A stretch of 64,000 bases of DNA from Tubiluchus corallicola (taxonomy: Eukaryota; Animalia; Priapulida), in contig JAQGDQ010000317.1 in assembly GCA_030141605.1 (NCBI GenBank), positions 186,001-250,000 of the forward strand, read 5' to 3'. Below, piece by piece: positions 30,901 through 41,580 of this stretch (position 1 is the stretch's first letter; each line of letters begins with the position of its first letter). The translations under genes were made by a program, and so were the position numbers. The notes beneath the pieces were generated by a model that saw only the letters and a program-made list of their open reading frames with translations, searched no databases and was not told the origin of the DNA.

Positions 30901-32721
30901 ATAACAATTATTTAAAACTGTTTATTAACATCTCATACTTTCACTAAACAGTTTTATTGTTTTACTGCTAAAACTTGTTTAAATTGTATTAGTAGTATTA
31001 ACTTCTATTTCTTATTTTATTTGAGACGAATATAAATGAAAGGATGGGAAACAAAAAGTGTTACTCGTATAGTTCTTCTTTATGCAGTGATTTTTGTATT
31101 GGGATAAAAAAAATTTTGTAAAGGTTTCATGTACTATTTCTCCAATGTCTGGTTTATCTTTGTACGTGGTAGATAGTTTAATTTGAGCATTGTGTCTGAA
31201 AATGTACACTAAAGTACTGCTCGAAACACAACATGAAAATGCGATCCGTTTTTCCGAAAGCTACAATTTTACACAAGTCACCCAAAAATTGCGCAAATTT
31301 TAAGTAAGTATTCTGGAAAGAATTATGCAAAACAATTTCCCAATGTTATGCAAACTTTTGTAACTAGTTAAATTTGATGCTGGTAAAAATACAAAACACT
31401 CATGAAATTTTGCAATTCAAGAAAAAATAGCTAAAATTTCACAACTGCATGAATGTTTTCTTCAGCCATGCAATACCACAACTTATCATTAGTTACTACA
31501 GCAATGCAGCACAGTAAATCGCTGCATGTGACATCATTGTGCGGTCTTTAGCCTAAGCCTTGACGAAGAAATGCAACTTCTTTATTAGGCATACCTCCAA
31601 AATTTGTTGAAGGTACAAGTTTTCTTAGTAACAGATTTTTGCAAGTGTCTCAAGAATTGAAACTCTCTCTCCAGAAACAATGTTAGAGTAACAGTAAAAA
31701 GAAGTTCACATGAACAAGCATAACTCACACGACCGGCATTAAAGCCAAACAGGATGGTTATTAAAAATCACTTTTACTTGTAGTGGTAATCGATCATTGC
31801 CACTGAAGTGCACTGCCAGGTGCTTTTTTATGTTCCCATAATCTGACAGCCATTCAAAAGGCTCCAATGGTTTGTTTTGATAGTGTTTATTCCAATATTC
31901 TTGTCTGCTAAGATTTGGGTACAGAACTGCTGAAGAGCTGGACTCAGTGCCTGTTGAAAAAATCTTGACTTAATGCACTAATAATATTATTAGTAATTAC
32001 ATATTAGTTTTGCAATCTTTTATTAAGATTGAATTTTTTGTTCATAAATGCATAATAAAAATTAATGGAAAAAGTACATTACACTACTTTGTCGAATCTT
32101 TGACTTTGTAAACTAAGTTCACTAATGCGAGCCACTATTTACAGTAGTATGTCATCTGTCTAGTAGGTCAAAAGACTTATGGCACACACAAATGGTCCAT
32201 ATTTTTTCATCAAGTAAGTCAATGATTGTCTGTCACAATTCTCAGAGTTTTTCATGTTAAGTGTAATTATCTCATTTATTAGGACAAAATATCTTTTAAA
32301 TCTCTCCAATAATCTTTAAAATGCAGGAAACATGAGTGGCACTCTCCGAGACCCCGTAGTTACTAGCAGTTAGACACCGCTTAAGCCCAGCTATGGCTAT
32401 GTGTATGATGTGACAACTCTGTGCACATTTTAATAATTGTAAAAAGCTGGTATGAAAAGGCTTGTCAGATAATTTGCACACCCCTGGTTTGAAAAGTGTT
32501 AAAAGTTTAGCTTTTCATTAAAGCTGATTACTCTTTATGGAATAGCAGCTATGCAGGTTTTGAACAGAATTTCAGATTTTACATGAATGGAAAAATGCTA
32601 TGTTTGCTCACAAAAGTTCATTTTTACATTTTCTGCATTTTCACTTGCCTCTATGGTGTGCTTGCTGCTGGAGAGGACAAATTCTTCTTTGTATACTTGC
32701 TCTCAGTGTGACACTTGTCAT
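27934..32721 (-). CDS. CSKMT: Citrate synthase-lysine N-methyltransferase (METTL12), mitochondrial; 3 coding exons, 243 aa
   Basis: join complement(32649-32721, 31778-31950, 27934-28419) = 732 nt in frame. Exon 1 MTSVTLRASIQRRICPLQQQAHHR is Arg-rich and acid-free, like a mitochondrial presequence. Exon 2 contains QEYWNKHY...PFEWLSDY. Exon 3 has motif I VLDIGCG, LDFSP, LDKGTMD, and ITDEDPELRL, which resembles METTL12 FSDEDPDVRL. Confidence 0.88.
29361..29371 (+). promoter_or_regulatory. TATA box of the nested IGFBP-like gene
   Basis: GTATATATAAA ~80 nt upstream of the ATG at 29446. Confidence 0.55.
29446..30895 (+). CDS. Secreted single insulin-like growth factor-binding (IGFBP/IB) domain protein, SIBD/neuroparsin-like; 3 exons, 132 aa
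   Basis: join(29446-29492, 29744-29915, 30716-30895) = 399 nt with GT-AG sites and matching phases. Signal peptide MYNLLFVLIVCTLTQRVILG; IGFBP motif DPCECCQVC followed by GENC..C...C...C; 14 Cys in the mature region. Confidence 0.85.
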
Positions 32722-33289
32722 CAGTAACTAATCACACTCTCACTAGCCAAGAAAAATATTGATTTTCTATTTAGAGGCACTTCATATGTGGTCCTCAAAC
32801 ATTCTGCAAAAATTATAATTATAAGGTACAAGAGCAACGGGAATATAACGCACTAGCTAAAAGGACTAAAAGCTCACATGTTTAAAAGGTCAAACTGGAT
32901 ACTAGTACTACACTTTATTAAACAGCTCCTTCTAATTTTCTCAAAAATAATTACTACAAAGCAAAAAATGAGATAGTTTACAGATAACAAGTGCATGCAG
33001 ATCATTCTCGCAATAATGATAAGGCATACCACACGCATGGTAATTAGTTATTCTTGTCTCTAATACGAGTGGTTAATTTATTATGGATATTTATTTTTGG
33101 ATTTTTTACCATGTAAATAAAGCAGTCCTTTACCATGAATGGCACAATACAATACTATAGATGCTACATTAGAGCTGTGCCTAAGATACATTTAACATCC
33201 ACTATAAATCATTTATTTTGCTTGTACAAAAATTTTGAGCTGATAAAATTCAGCCTTGGCAATAGTCTCCAAGATTACGGGAGATGTTT

Positions 33290-34050
33290 GCTAACTCCGG
33301 CATTGTTTTTGATATATTCAAGCACTCATTTCCAGTCCTAACTCTAATTTAATTTCTTTAGTTGTTCGACATAATCTTGTGCCAGATTGTACTTATGTGT
33401 AATTCGATAAACTCTCTCTCAGCTTTTTCCCTGATTTGTTTTATAATCACTCATTGCTTTCTTTATTTGCCTATTTTCTGCTTCTTCTTTTTAACTGATT
33501 TTCTCATTTTCAGTTTCATCAGTATTTACTTCCTTATCTATTCTATTCTTTGTCTCTTTCAAAATTTTTTCCAACTCCAACTTTTCCTTAGTCAACTTTT
33601 CTTGTTGCTGTTTATGAAACTCTTGCTGTTCTTGCAATTTTTGTACACTCAGGCTTATACCTTCTTTCACAGTTTTAATTTCTTTTACTTCTTTCACATA
33701 CTTCACACTACTAATGCAAGGTATCATTCACAACTTCTTTATTTGCAGTCCCTAGGACCTTGTATGCTTTTTTTGAAATTCCTACAGATGCACACTCTAC
33801 GTAGCTGCTTATAACATCATGAGCACTTCATTCCATCCTTACCAACTCTTACTCTTTTAACACACTTGGAACAAATTTCATGCCAACTAAGTTCCTCATC
33901 TTCGTCTTCATTGTTTTCATCATCTTCCAGCTCTTTTTGTTCTCTTAGCTGGCTATTCTCTTTGTCTTTCTTCATTAGTACTTCACTATCATCAACTTGC
34001 ACAATTTCAGACAATGCCATACTCATTTCTCTGCCTACCAATTCACCACT
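33290..34050 (-). mobile_element. Decayed non-LTR retrotransposon ORF1 fragment (PHD-like Cys cluster plus coiled coil)
   Basis: Broken frames EICSKCVKRVRVGKDGMKCS*C...PCISS then a K/E/Q-rich coiled coil, with stops and frameshifts; resembles CR1/L2-type ORF1. Confidence 0.55.
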
Positions 34051-34202
34051 CTCTTTTCATTCGACATTCTTAATTATCATCAGAACTAAGTGTTAAATTT
34101 AAGTAATTGTAGAACAATAAGTTTCTACAATAATGTGCTTGTAAGTATTATTTATTGTCAATGTTATACGTGTTGGCAAACTAAATATAGCTACTTACTT
34201 AC

Positions 34203-34331
34203 CCCCTGCAAAAAATTGCCAGTAAATAACCTGTGCTGCCTTTAGTCACCAAGCCACTGTGACTCCTAGATGTACTTCTTATTAGGTACTGATGCATCCC
34301 TTTCACCAGTAATGCGACTCATAATTTTAGT
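34203..34331 (-). other. Probable 5'-UTR exon of CSKMT containing uORFs
   Basis: Acceptor tttttctttttag and donor GG|gtaagt on -; would join the acceptor at 32803. Confidence 0.5.
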
Positions 34332-34779
34332 CTAAAAAGAAAAACCTTAAGTTAGTAATTGTAACAATCAAGTTTATCTGTCTATAACATCAAAAATAGT
34401 AAGTATAATATTACTTAGTTAGTACACTATATAAACTATCCTGCTGAACTTTGCTAATCTCTAATTGACTTCAGTGACCGCTATTATTGGCTAATTATCA
34501 CGTTTTAACTTTTTCTCAGGCTAGCCTTATGTTAATTAACTTTTTATTCTTTGTTAAAAAAAGATATCGCTAGCACGAAGTAGTTTCATTAGCATGAACA
34601 TCAAATCTTTACACGAACCACGGGAAACTCATAACAAAGAATATTGTATGTCTAGCTTACTATATCACCTCACTCTATTCCTTCTTGTTCATTAAATTAT
34701 GTTGAGCCTGGTTTGAGATTTTTTATAGCCATTTTAACCATAACGTCTCCCTGTTCAAAAGCCTTTTGAAGGCATCAAT

Positions 34780-35460
34780 CACTTGACTGGCAGATGCTGT
34801 TTAATGCGGAGAAGTATGAGTGCAAGCATTTTGGTTTTAATAATGTGCGTCATATTACTTTATGGGAGATGTGAGATTGGAGAGTACTACTGAAGTTAAA
34901 GATTTGGGAGTGTTAATAAACGTCGTGCAGTCAATATGCGGAAGCAGTCAGGAAGGCTAACAGAAAGTTGGGCATAATAAAAATGTCTTTTAGTAACACA
35001 GACAAACACGTAATTGTGAAACTGTGCAAAAGTTTTGTTAGACCACACTCGGATTACTGCGTGCACGCATGGAGACCTTATAAGGTGAAAGATATTAGAC
35101 TGCTTGAAGGTGTACAAAAGAGAGCTATAAATTTGATTGAGTGTCCTAGTTTTGTAGTTAACATATGAACAGAAACTGAAGAGATGCACGTTAAAGCCCC
35201 TAGAACACCACCAACTGAGAGCAGATCTCATAGAAGTTTTTAGAATTGTGAATGGATTCGAATGTCTGGAATGTAATGACCTTTTTACCTTTAGTGATGA
35301 CACAGACAGCAGAATAAGAGGTCACTCCAAAAAATTAGTGAAAAGAAGGTCAGACTTGATCTCAGGAAATACAGTTTTAGCCAGAGGATTATTAATATAC
35401 GGAGTCGGTTAAGGATGAAGTGGTCAATTCTACCAGTGTAAATACTTTCAAGAGTCACTT
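34780..35460 (+). mobile_element. CR1-clade LINE 3' fragment (degenerate ORF2 C-terminus)
   Basis: WQMLFNAEK, KDLGVLI, KANRKLGIIK, KSFVRPHSDYCVHAWRPYKVKDIRLLEGVQKRA, RADLIEVFRIVNG and RGHSKKL are typical CR1 post-RT motifs; frameshifted. Confidence 0.88.
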
Positions 35461-36400
35461 ACTTAACTGGTGCTTACTCAGGACCCTCTTCGTTACTATT
35501 GAGCGACCTTCGAGGTCACACTTCACTGAGTTTTTTCTGTTTGGCTTTGCACTTCAAATTCGCTGATATTCTTCTACATCTTCCAAACATTCTACTCCAA
35601 TATCGTTTCAATATTCCATTGCTGCTTTGATGCACTGGCTTACCTGTTTCAATACTTCATTATTTAAACTGGATACCTCTCTGCTTGTTACATTCTCTTT
35701 CTTATTTTAGTAAGTTTGACACACTCAAACAAATGCTCTGTTGTATCTTGTTCGACACTACATAATGGGCATGCTAAGTTATTAACATACCTATTCTTAT
35801 AATTTGGTTTTACTTCTATCATATTTAATCACACTTTTCATTATAGCACTAACATCCCGCAAGTTGCAGTTGGAAATATGTGTTCCTTTTTCAGGGCTAA
35901 TTAATGATAACAGCCTTAATTTTGTTTTATTTGTTATTACTTGGTGGTATTGCACATTTATCTTTATTTGTATAGCTTTCTTTACTTCTTTTTTCTATGT
36001 TCATCATTTTAATGTTATTACTTTGTTTTTATCTATATTAACTTCATTTTCATCCCTTATTTTCATTAATTCTTCATACCAACATTTTGGATATTCTCTT
36101 ATAATTTGCTCCTTCAGTATTAACTTTGCTAGATGGTTGTCCAGGAGTGCAGCAAATTAAAGTACCACATTAGTTTTTTGTACTGTATTCGTTTTTCCAT
36201 TGGCCATGTTCGTGTTCCTATTAGTAAACCCCAGTAAAGTGTATTATGGCTTTAACCTAACATTTTCTTTAGTTGGTATGCTTGTATTTTCTCCAATTGT
36301 TGTATTTTCACTCGTTATATTACTATATTATTAGTCTATGTTTCAGCGTTACTGATTATGCTCGATACTATAACGGTTCCATAATTTTAGTCCAATCATA
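35461..36400 (-). mobile_element. Second non-LTR retrotransposon 3' fragment with a CCHC zinc knuckle
   Basis: On -: SNAET, QLEKIQAYQLKKMLG, TWPMEKRIQYKKLMW and CPLCSVEQDTTEHLFEC, with many frameshifts. The 3' end has a short hairpin (GTGACCTCGAAGGTCGC) and a TAAG tail abutting the CR1 tail. Confidence 0.75.
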
Positions 36401-36453
36401 CTTGGACTTGAAGAAGACTGAGGGGCACAATAGATAGGCTTCTCCAAGCTTAC

Positions 36454-36696
36454 AGCTGCAGTTATCATCGCCACCGATCACATTATTATTTAGATGAAGT
36501 TAATGCTCGTCAGTAAGTATCAATAAGTAAGTAAGGCCGATAAGTAAGGCCTACTGCACAAAACTGTTTGAGAGACAAGAGAAATCAAAAATAAAGGAAT
36601 CAGCAGCCAACCCAACCCGGAAATAGTTTACGCACCTAAGATTTCTTGTCTTGACTGTTAAAAACGGCTAGAAATCGATGTCAGTAGTGTGAACTG
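36454..36696. promoter_or_regulatory. Putative bidirectional promoter with first non-coding exons of CSKMT (-) and FHIP1 (+)
   Basis: Outward-facing donors GCT|gtaagc on - (36454) and CTG|gtaagt on + (36696), with an ETS-like CCGGAAAT at 36617-36624 between them. Confidence 0.5.
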
Positions 36697-37260
36697 GTAA
36701 GTAATACAACTGAATTTTCTTTTAGCATGTTATTTAATTTTTTGCCACTTTGTAAGAAGTTACATACCTTTAAAGAAAGGTTATTTACTCATTGAGAATG
36801 TTTCTAGTTACTTAGATGTCTGTGGCTTGTTCGATTAACCTCTATCGCTCTTTTAATTTTAATTTTTAAGATTAATGGTATGGTATAGTAGGTGATGTGA
36901 GGGCACTTAATGTGAGTTATTTTTATTGCAGTATTTTTAAATACTCTGAGGTGTCCAAAGCATGTCGACAGTTAGGTGATGAGTTCGCTTTAGCTGTTGA
37001 GCTTTATATTTGTTTTTGTAGAAACGTGAAAATCTTAATTTGTTGAAAACTCAAATGTCCGAAGTTCTTTATTAGAATCAGAATTAAAATTCGTTTATTT
37101 TTTCACCTGATAGTAAAAAATATTAGTACAATGTCACAAAACTGAAACAAAATATAATAATATATTAATATTAAATCTTCCTTTACTATATATAGGTGAA
37201 GGGGTAGCGAATGAACGTAAGTTATCGAGTCAGCCACCCCAAAGTAAAGTCCTGTGTAGC

Positions 37261-37988
37261 TAGGGTCACCATATTGTCTGAGTTGAAAAAGAGGACACTT
37301 TTTCTCACACTTGTAAGTAGGTAAAAATGACCAGTCTAGGGTCTATTAAAACAATGCAAAATAAAATAGGCCTACATGTTTCTGTTTTTGTTCGAGCACA
37401 CGACATCTTTCGTGCAATATTGGAATCGGGCAATGTTGTTGTTAACACGCTACAAGTACAATCCATAGATTTGTAGCTGTGATGGTGCTTTACGGTATGA
37501 AAGGCCAGTGTTCCTTCAGCCGCCGACACAGAATCGTCAGTTTTTGAGCCAGGTCATCAGTTTCGCCACCACATGTCGAGCATTCGGCTTCCCAGTAATA
37601 TTGGCCTGCGAAACTATACGAATTTAAAGAAATTCACGTAAAAACAAACAAAATTACTCATGGAGGCTGACGTCATTTTAAGTCGTTAGCGAATACACCG
37701 AGTATCGACAGCGGTGTGAGTCGTGTGACCCATAGAGATGTTGCCATCGCTTACTTTTGTTCAGTAAATATGTACCCATAGCTTTTACAAGGGTTGCATT
37801 TTGAGATGTTGTATTGAAAATTAACGAGCTTTTCTTTGTCTCATACTGTCCTACGCCTCTGCAGTTGGCAACGTCCGTACATACTTACAGATTGAGGCAA
37901 AACCCGGGCAAACTGCCGATTTTTAACGCCCGGACAGAGGCCCAAAAAGAGGACATGTCTGGGGAAACCCGGACGTATGGTAACCCTA
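37261..37988 (-). mobile_element. Internally deleted hAT DNA transposon
   Basis: TIRs TAGGGTCACCATA / TATGGTAACCCTA; near-identical 8-bp flanks TGTGTAGC and TGTGCACC (decayed TSD); transposase remnant SAAEGTLAFHTVKHHHSYKSMDCT...SCARTKTE on -. Confidence 0.85.
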
Positions 37989-38320
37989 TGTGCACCCAGT
38001 ATGCTAATATAATTATTTATAATTTTGATGGACAATAAGTAAGACACATATGACAAAAAACGTACTTGCAGCAAACTTTATTGACTTCGCAACTTATTAT
38101 CGAAGCAATTTTTGACAAAACTTGAAATGTTATCTCAGCAACAACAACTCTGCAAAATTATCTGAAATTTACATTTGTAAGCTGTAGTAACTAGTGGTAG
38201 TAATAAAAAAATTATTTATTGTCGATATTTTACAAAAGACAACATTAACAATGACTATTTTCTGACATATTAACAAGGGAAACAAGATAAAAAATTCTAA
38301 TTCACACAGTGTATGGGATA

Positions 38321-38472
38321 GACCAGATTTTACAGCACTCTACAGATCTGCCATCTGTGGGCAGTAGCACACACTTTGTTATTCTAATACAATGCACACA
38401 ATGTATAAAATAGACCAGATTATACAGTACCCTACAAAGCTGCCATCTATGGGCAGTAGCACACATTTTGTT
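38321..38472. repeat. 60-bp direct repeat, two copies, 92-bp period
   Basis: gaccagatt..acag.ac.ctaca..ctgccatct(g/a)tgggcagtagcacaca.tttgtt at 38321-38380 and 38413-38472. Confidence 0.85.
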
Positions 38473-41400
38473 GGAAATGGTATAACAGAAAATGTAAAAG
38501 GCACTTCAAAATCAAATCCACGTCTGGTAGTTTGGCAGACCAGAGGAAAACTGAAATACGACAACTTTTCTACCAAAAAATAAAGATTATGTTATATTAT
38601 GTTGGTTAAATATAAGTTTATTTTTTTTTATATTAAAGTAAAATATTTGTGTTTATATTCTGCTTCTTTCTATGTTTACTGAAAAGTTGGCATTTTTTAC
38701 CATAAAATCTTTGTTCATTTTTTATTTTATTTTTAAGGTATTCTCTGAAATTATCTGCTAAATAATTAGCAGTTTGATGAAGTGAACTAAAATTTCTGTA
38801 TTGTCTTCAAAATCTGGAAAATCGTTTATACTTAAATTTTTAAACTTTTGTATTTGCTTTTGTAATAAAAAATATGAAAACTTATTTTACAAAGTCTACT
38901 GAGAATAATTAACTTACATAATTAAAATCTAGACAAATGTATCGTATGTTACTGTTACTGACCTACTTATGGAAATGAACCCGCAATTACTGAAGTTTTG
39001 AAACCAACTAGACTGAAGTGAAGGAAATGTGAAATAACAGGTAATAGTCTTGAATTGGAACCAGAGAATTCAACTCCAAGGCCATGATCAAATGTTTAGT
39101 GATTGCTCACAATTTTTAAATCATTTGTATTTTTTTGAGCACACCCTTCTTTCTTCACATAGCCTTAGCGTACAATTAAGAATATAAGACTATTCAAAAA
39201 GTGTCTTAGTACTGACTTTTCTAGTTTCATATTTGCTTTTTGTCATTGAGTGTTATACCTTTTGTCTTTATTGCGTGCAAGGCTGCTAACTCATACAAAT
39301 AAATCCATATTCGTACGAAAGGTAGAAGCTAATAGAGCAATATATTTCTTAATTATTTACATTTTTGGCTTAACCGGAGTCACTGGATTTCCTGTCACCT
39401 TTGTGTGTTTAACCAGAACACTATAAAATTTCGCAGGTATTTTTTTATACATTTTAGTACGCTGCAAACCGCTGCCCAGTATTTAATGGTACTGTATACC
39501 CGATATTTTTGGAGTGACCAAATTCTGGCTCATTGCCAAGGATATCCTGTAACAGGAGCTGAACTGGCAGCAGAGCTGCTTCAGCCATGTTTGGAAGCAG
39601 TGTTGGATTCTTTGGGTTGCTTTTGAAAAGTAATCTGTCATGATTACAAATTACTTTGGAAAAATTGTAATAAAATTACTCATTACTGATTACGTTTGTG
39701 TGCTAGTCTGAGTAACGTTTTAATGAAAATATGCACAGAAGAGCATTGTAGTCCCTGACTGGGCCTGGCTTTACTGAGCTATATGTCTTACAGTATATGC
39801 ACTGTGCACGTGACCAAGCATTGAGTGCATAAAACAATAAGTTACAGCTGTAGAGGTTTTTATAAAGCAGTTTGAATGTCTAATGAGGTCGTTATTTGAG
39901 CAAAGTAACAAACCACTCTGTGCTTGTAGGCGTTGAGGTTCAGAGATAAACAAAAGGAAAGCGGTTTAATGATGAAAACAGCCTAAGTTTAAAATGTTAT
40001 TCTTGGATAGATAAGTTACACAGGTTTAGTAGCATTTAGTTTCTATCACTAACCTCACACCATGACCACTTAGCTATTACTTGCCTTTAAAAGCTGTAAT
40101 TGGAATAGATCTTCATTTGCTTTTTTATGGATTTCTACTTTCCAGGTGTGTTTTGGTTGTAACTAGGTCTTTGTCAATCATTTGCAGCAAAAAAATAATA
40201 ATAACCTACAGACAGTTTTAAATTGTGTATACATGATATGGTAGAATTGTTGCTTGTTAGTGATAATGGGCTAGCATTCACTTGTAGGCTTAAATGATAA
40301 AATGCTGATTGCTGAAATGGATAATTTTTTATGGAACAAATAATGGGGGGGGGGGTAATAAAATAAGAACTTTGCCATTTTTTAAACAAAAACAATATTC
40401 AGATGATCAGCTTCTGTTCCATAGCCTATATTTTTGGAGTAGGAAGAAATCTTACTTATTTTAAAATTTCCAAGAATGTAGAGTTGTAGTATGTTGATTC
40501 TGCTGGTAGTAGCTAGTAGATTCTTAATACATAACAAGCAAATCTGACACTGTTACAAGTTAAGAACATTTGTTGCTAATTATCTACTAATTTTTTGTGG
40601 TACTTCATTTTAACGACTTCCAGCTGCCGGCATTAGAGAATGTTCACATATATAGCGGAAAGGCAGAATCACGGTGTTTTACACTCTAGAGTAGCTGAAA
40701 AATTTATCTGGAACACACTTGTTTATTGTTCTAAATTGTGTGAAAATATTTATGTATTTTTGCTTTTCAGAACCTAGCAATTTATTTGTTTTCTTTTGCC
40801 AGTTGTTTTGGCACTGATAATATTTACAAACGCCATCATTTCAATTATTTATTTTCCCTTATATTTGGACTCACTAAAAACTTTTACCGCTTCAGTTATT
40901 TCTAATTTGTCAGACTTCAAGCAGAAATTATGATAAATATGTAGTCTGTAGCTAGTTGTACGCATTGTACAACATACTTGATGGATATGTAATATACAAG
41001 TATATTGCTTTCTACACATAAGCTCTACTTCAGTGCAATAAGGTTACATTAAATTAGAGAGTCACAAGTTACACACAGTAAAGCTGTAATCCAAGCCAAA
41101 GGTCCATTCAATGTAAATTGTCGACGAAACGCTACGACTTACTTATTCAAGAACGTAAGGAGGAATTTCACTGTACATCCTTCGGTTTTCAGAATCGTAA
41201 AATTTTGCATTTGTTTACAACTTTGCACTTTAAACTGTGTTATGCTGCTGTTATAAAAGGCTACTCCTCAATACTAATGGTGAGCCACGAGTAACCTTGA
41301 ATGCACTGTTTACACTGGTACATGAAATAGTTGTTTTATGTATACATGTATGTACATATTTGCGATGTGTGTTAAATACTAGTGGAAATATTCACGTAAC

Positions 41401-41580
41401 TTGTTATACACCAAAGTTCGCCATTTGCAATTACGCTGTTCAGTGTAACACAATGTTACAATAATATTTTATTAGTTTCAGGTGTTAGAACAGAATTATA
41501 ATTCTGACAGCAATGGTTGGATTTCATCTGTGTGAAGAGTAGGCCTCAATAGCAATATCTGAAGACAGATAACAAGCAAC

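Noticed and set aside
33362-33814. 150-aa hydrophobic ORF resembling a membrane protein (likewise 35804-36160, 27430-27713, 55579-55824, 15374-15682)
   Set aside because: These are antisense shadows of A-rich LINE or K/E-rich sequence, or T-rich intron; the F/L/I bias is compositional.
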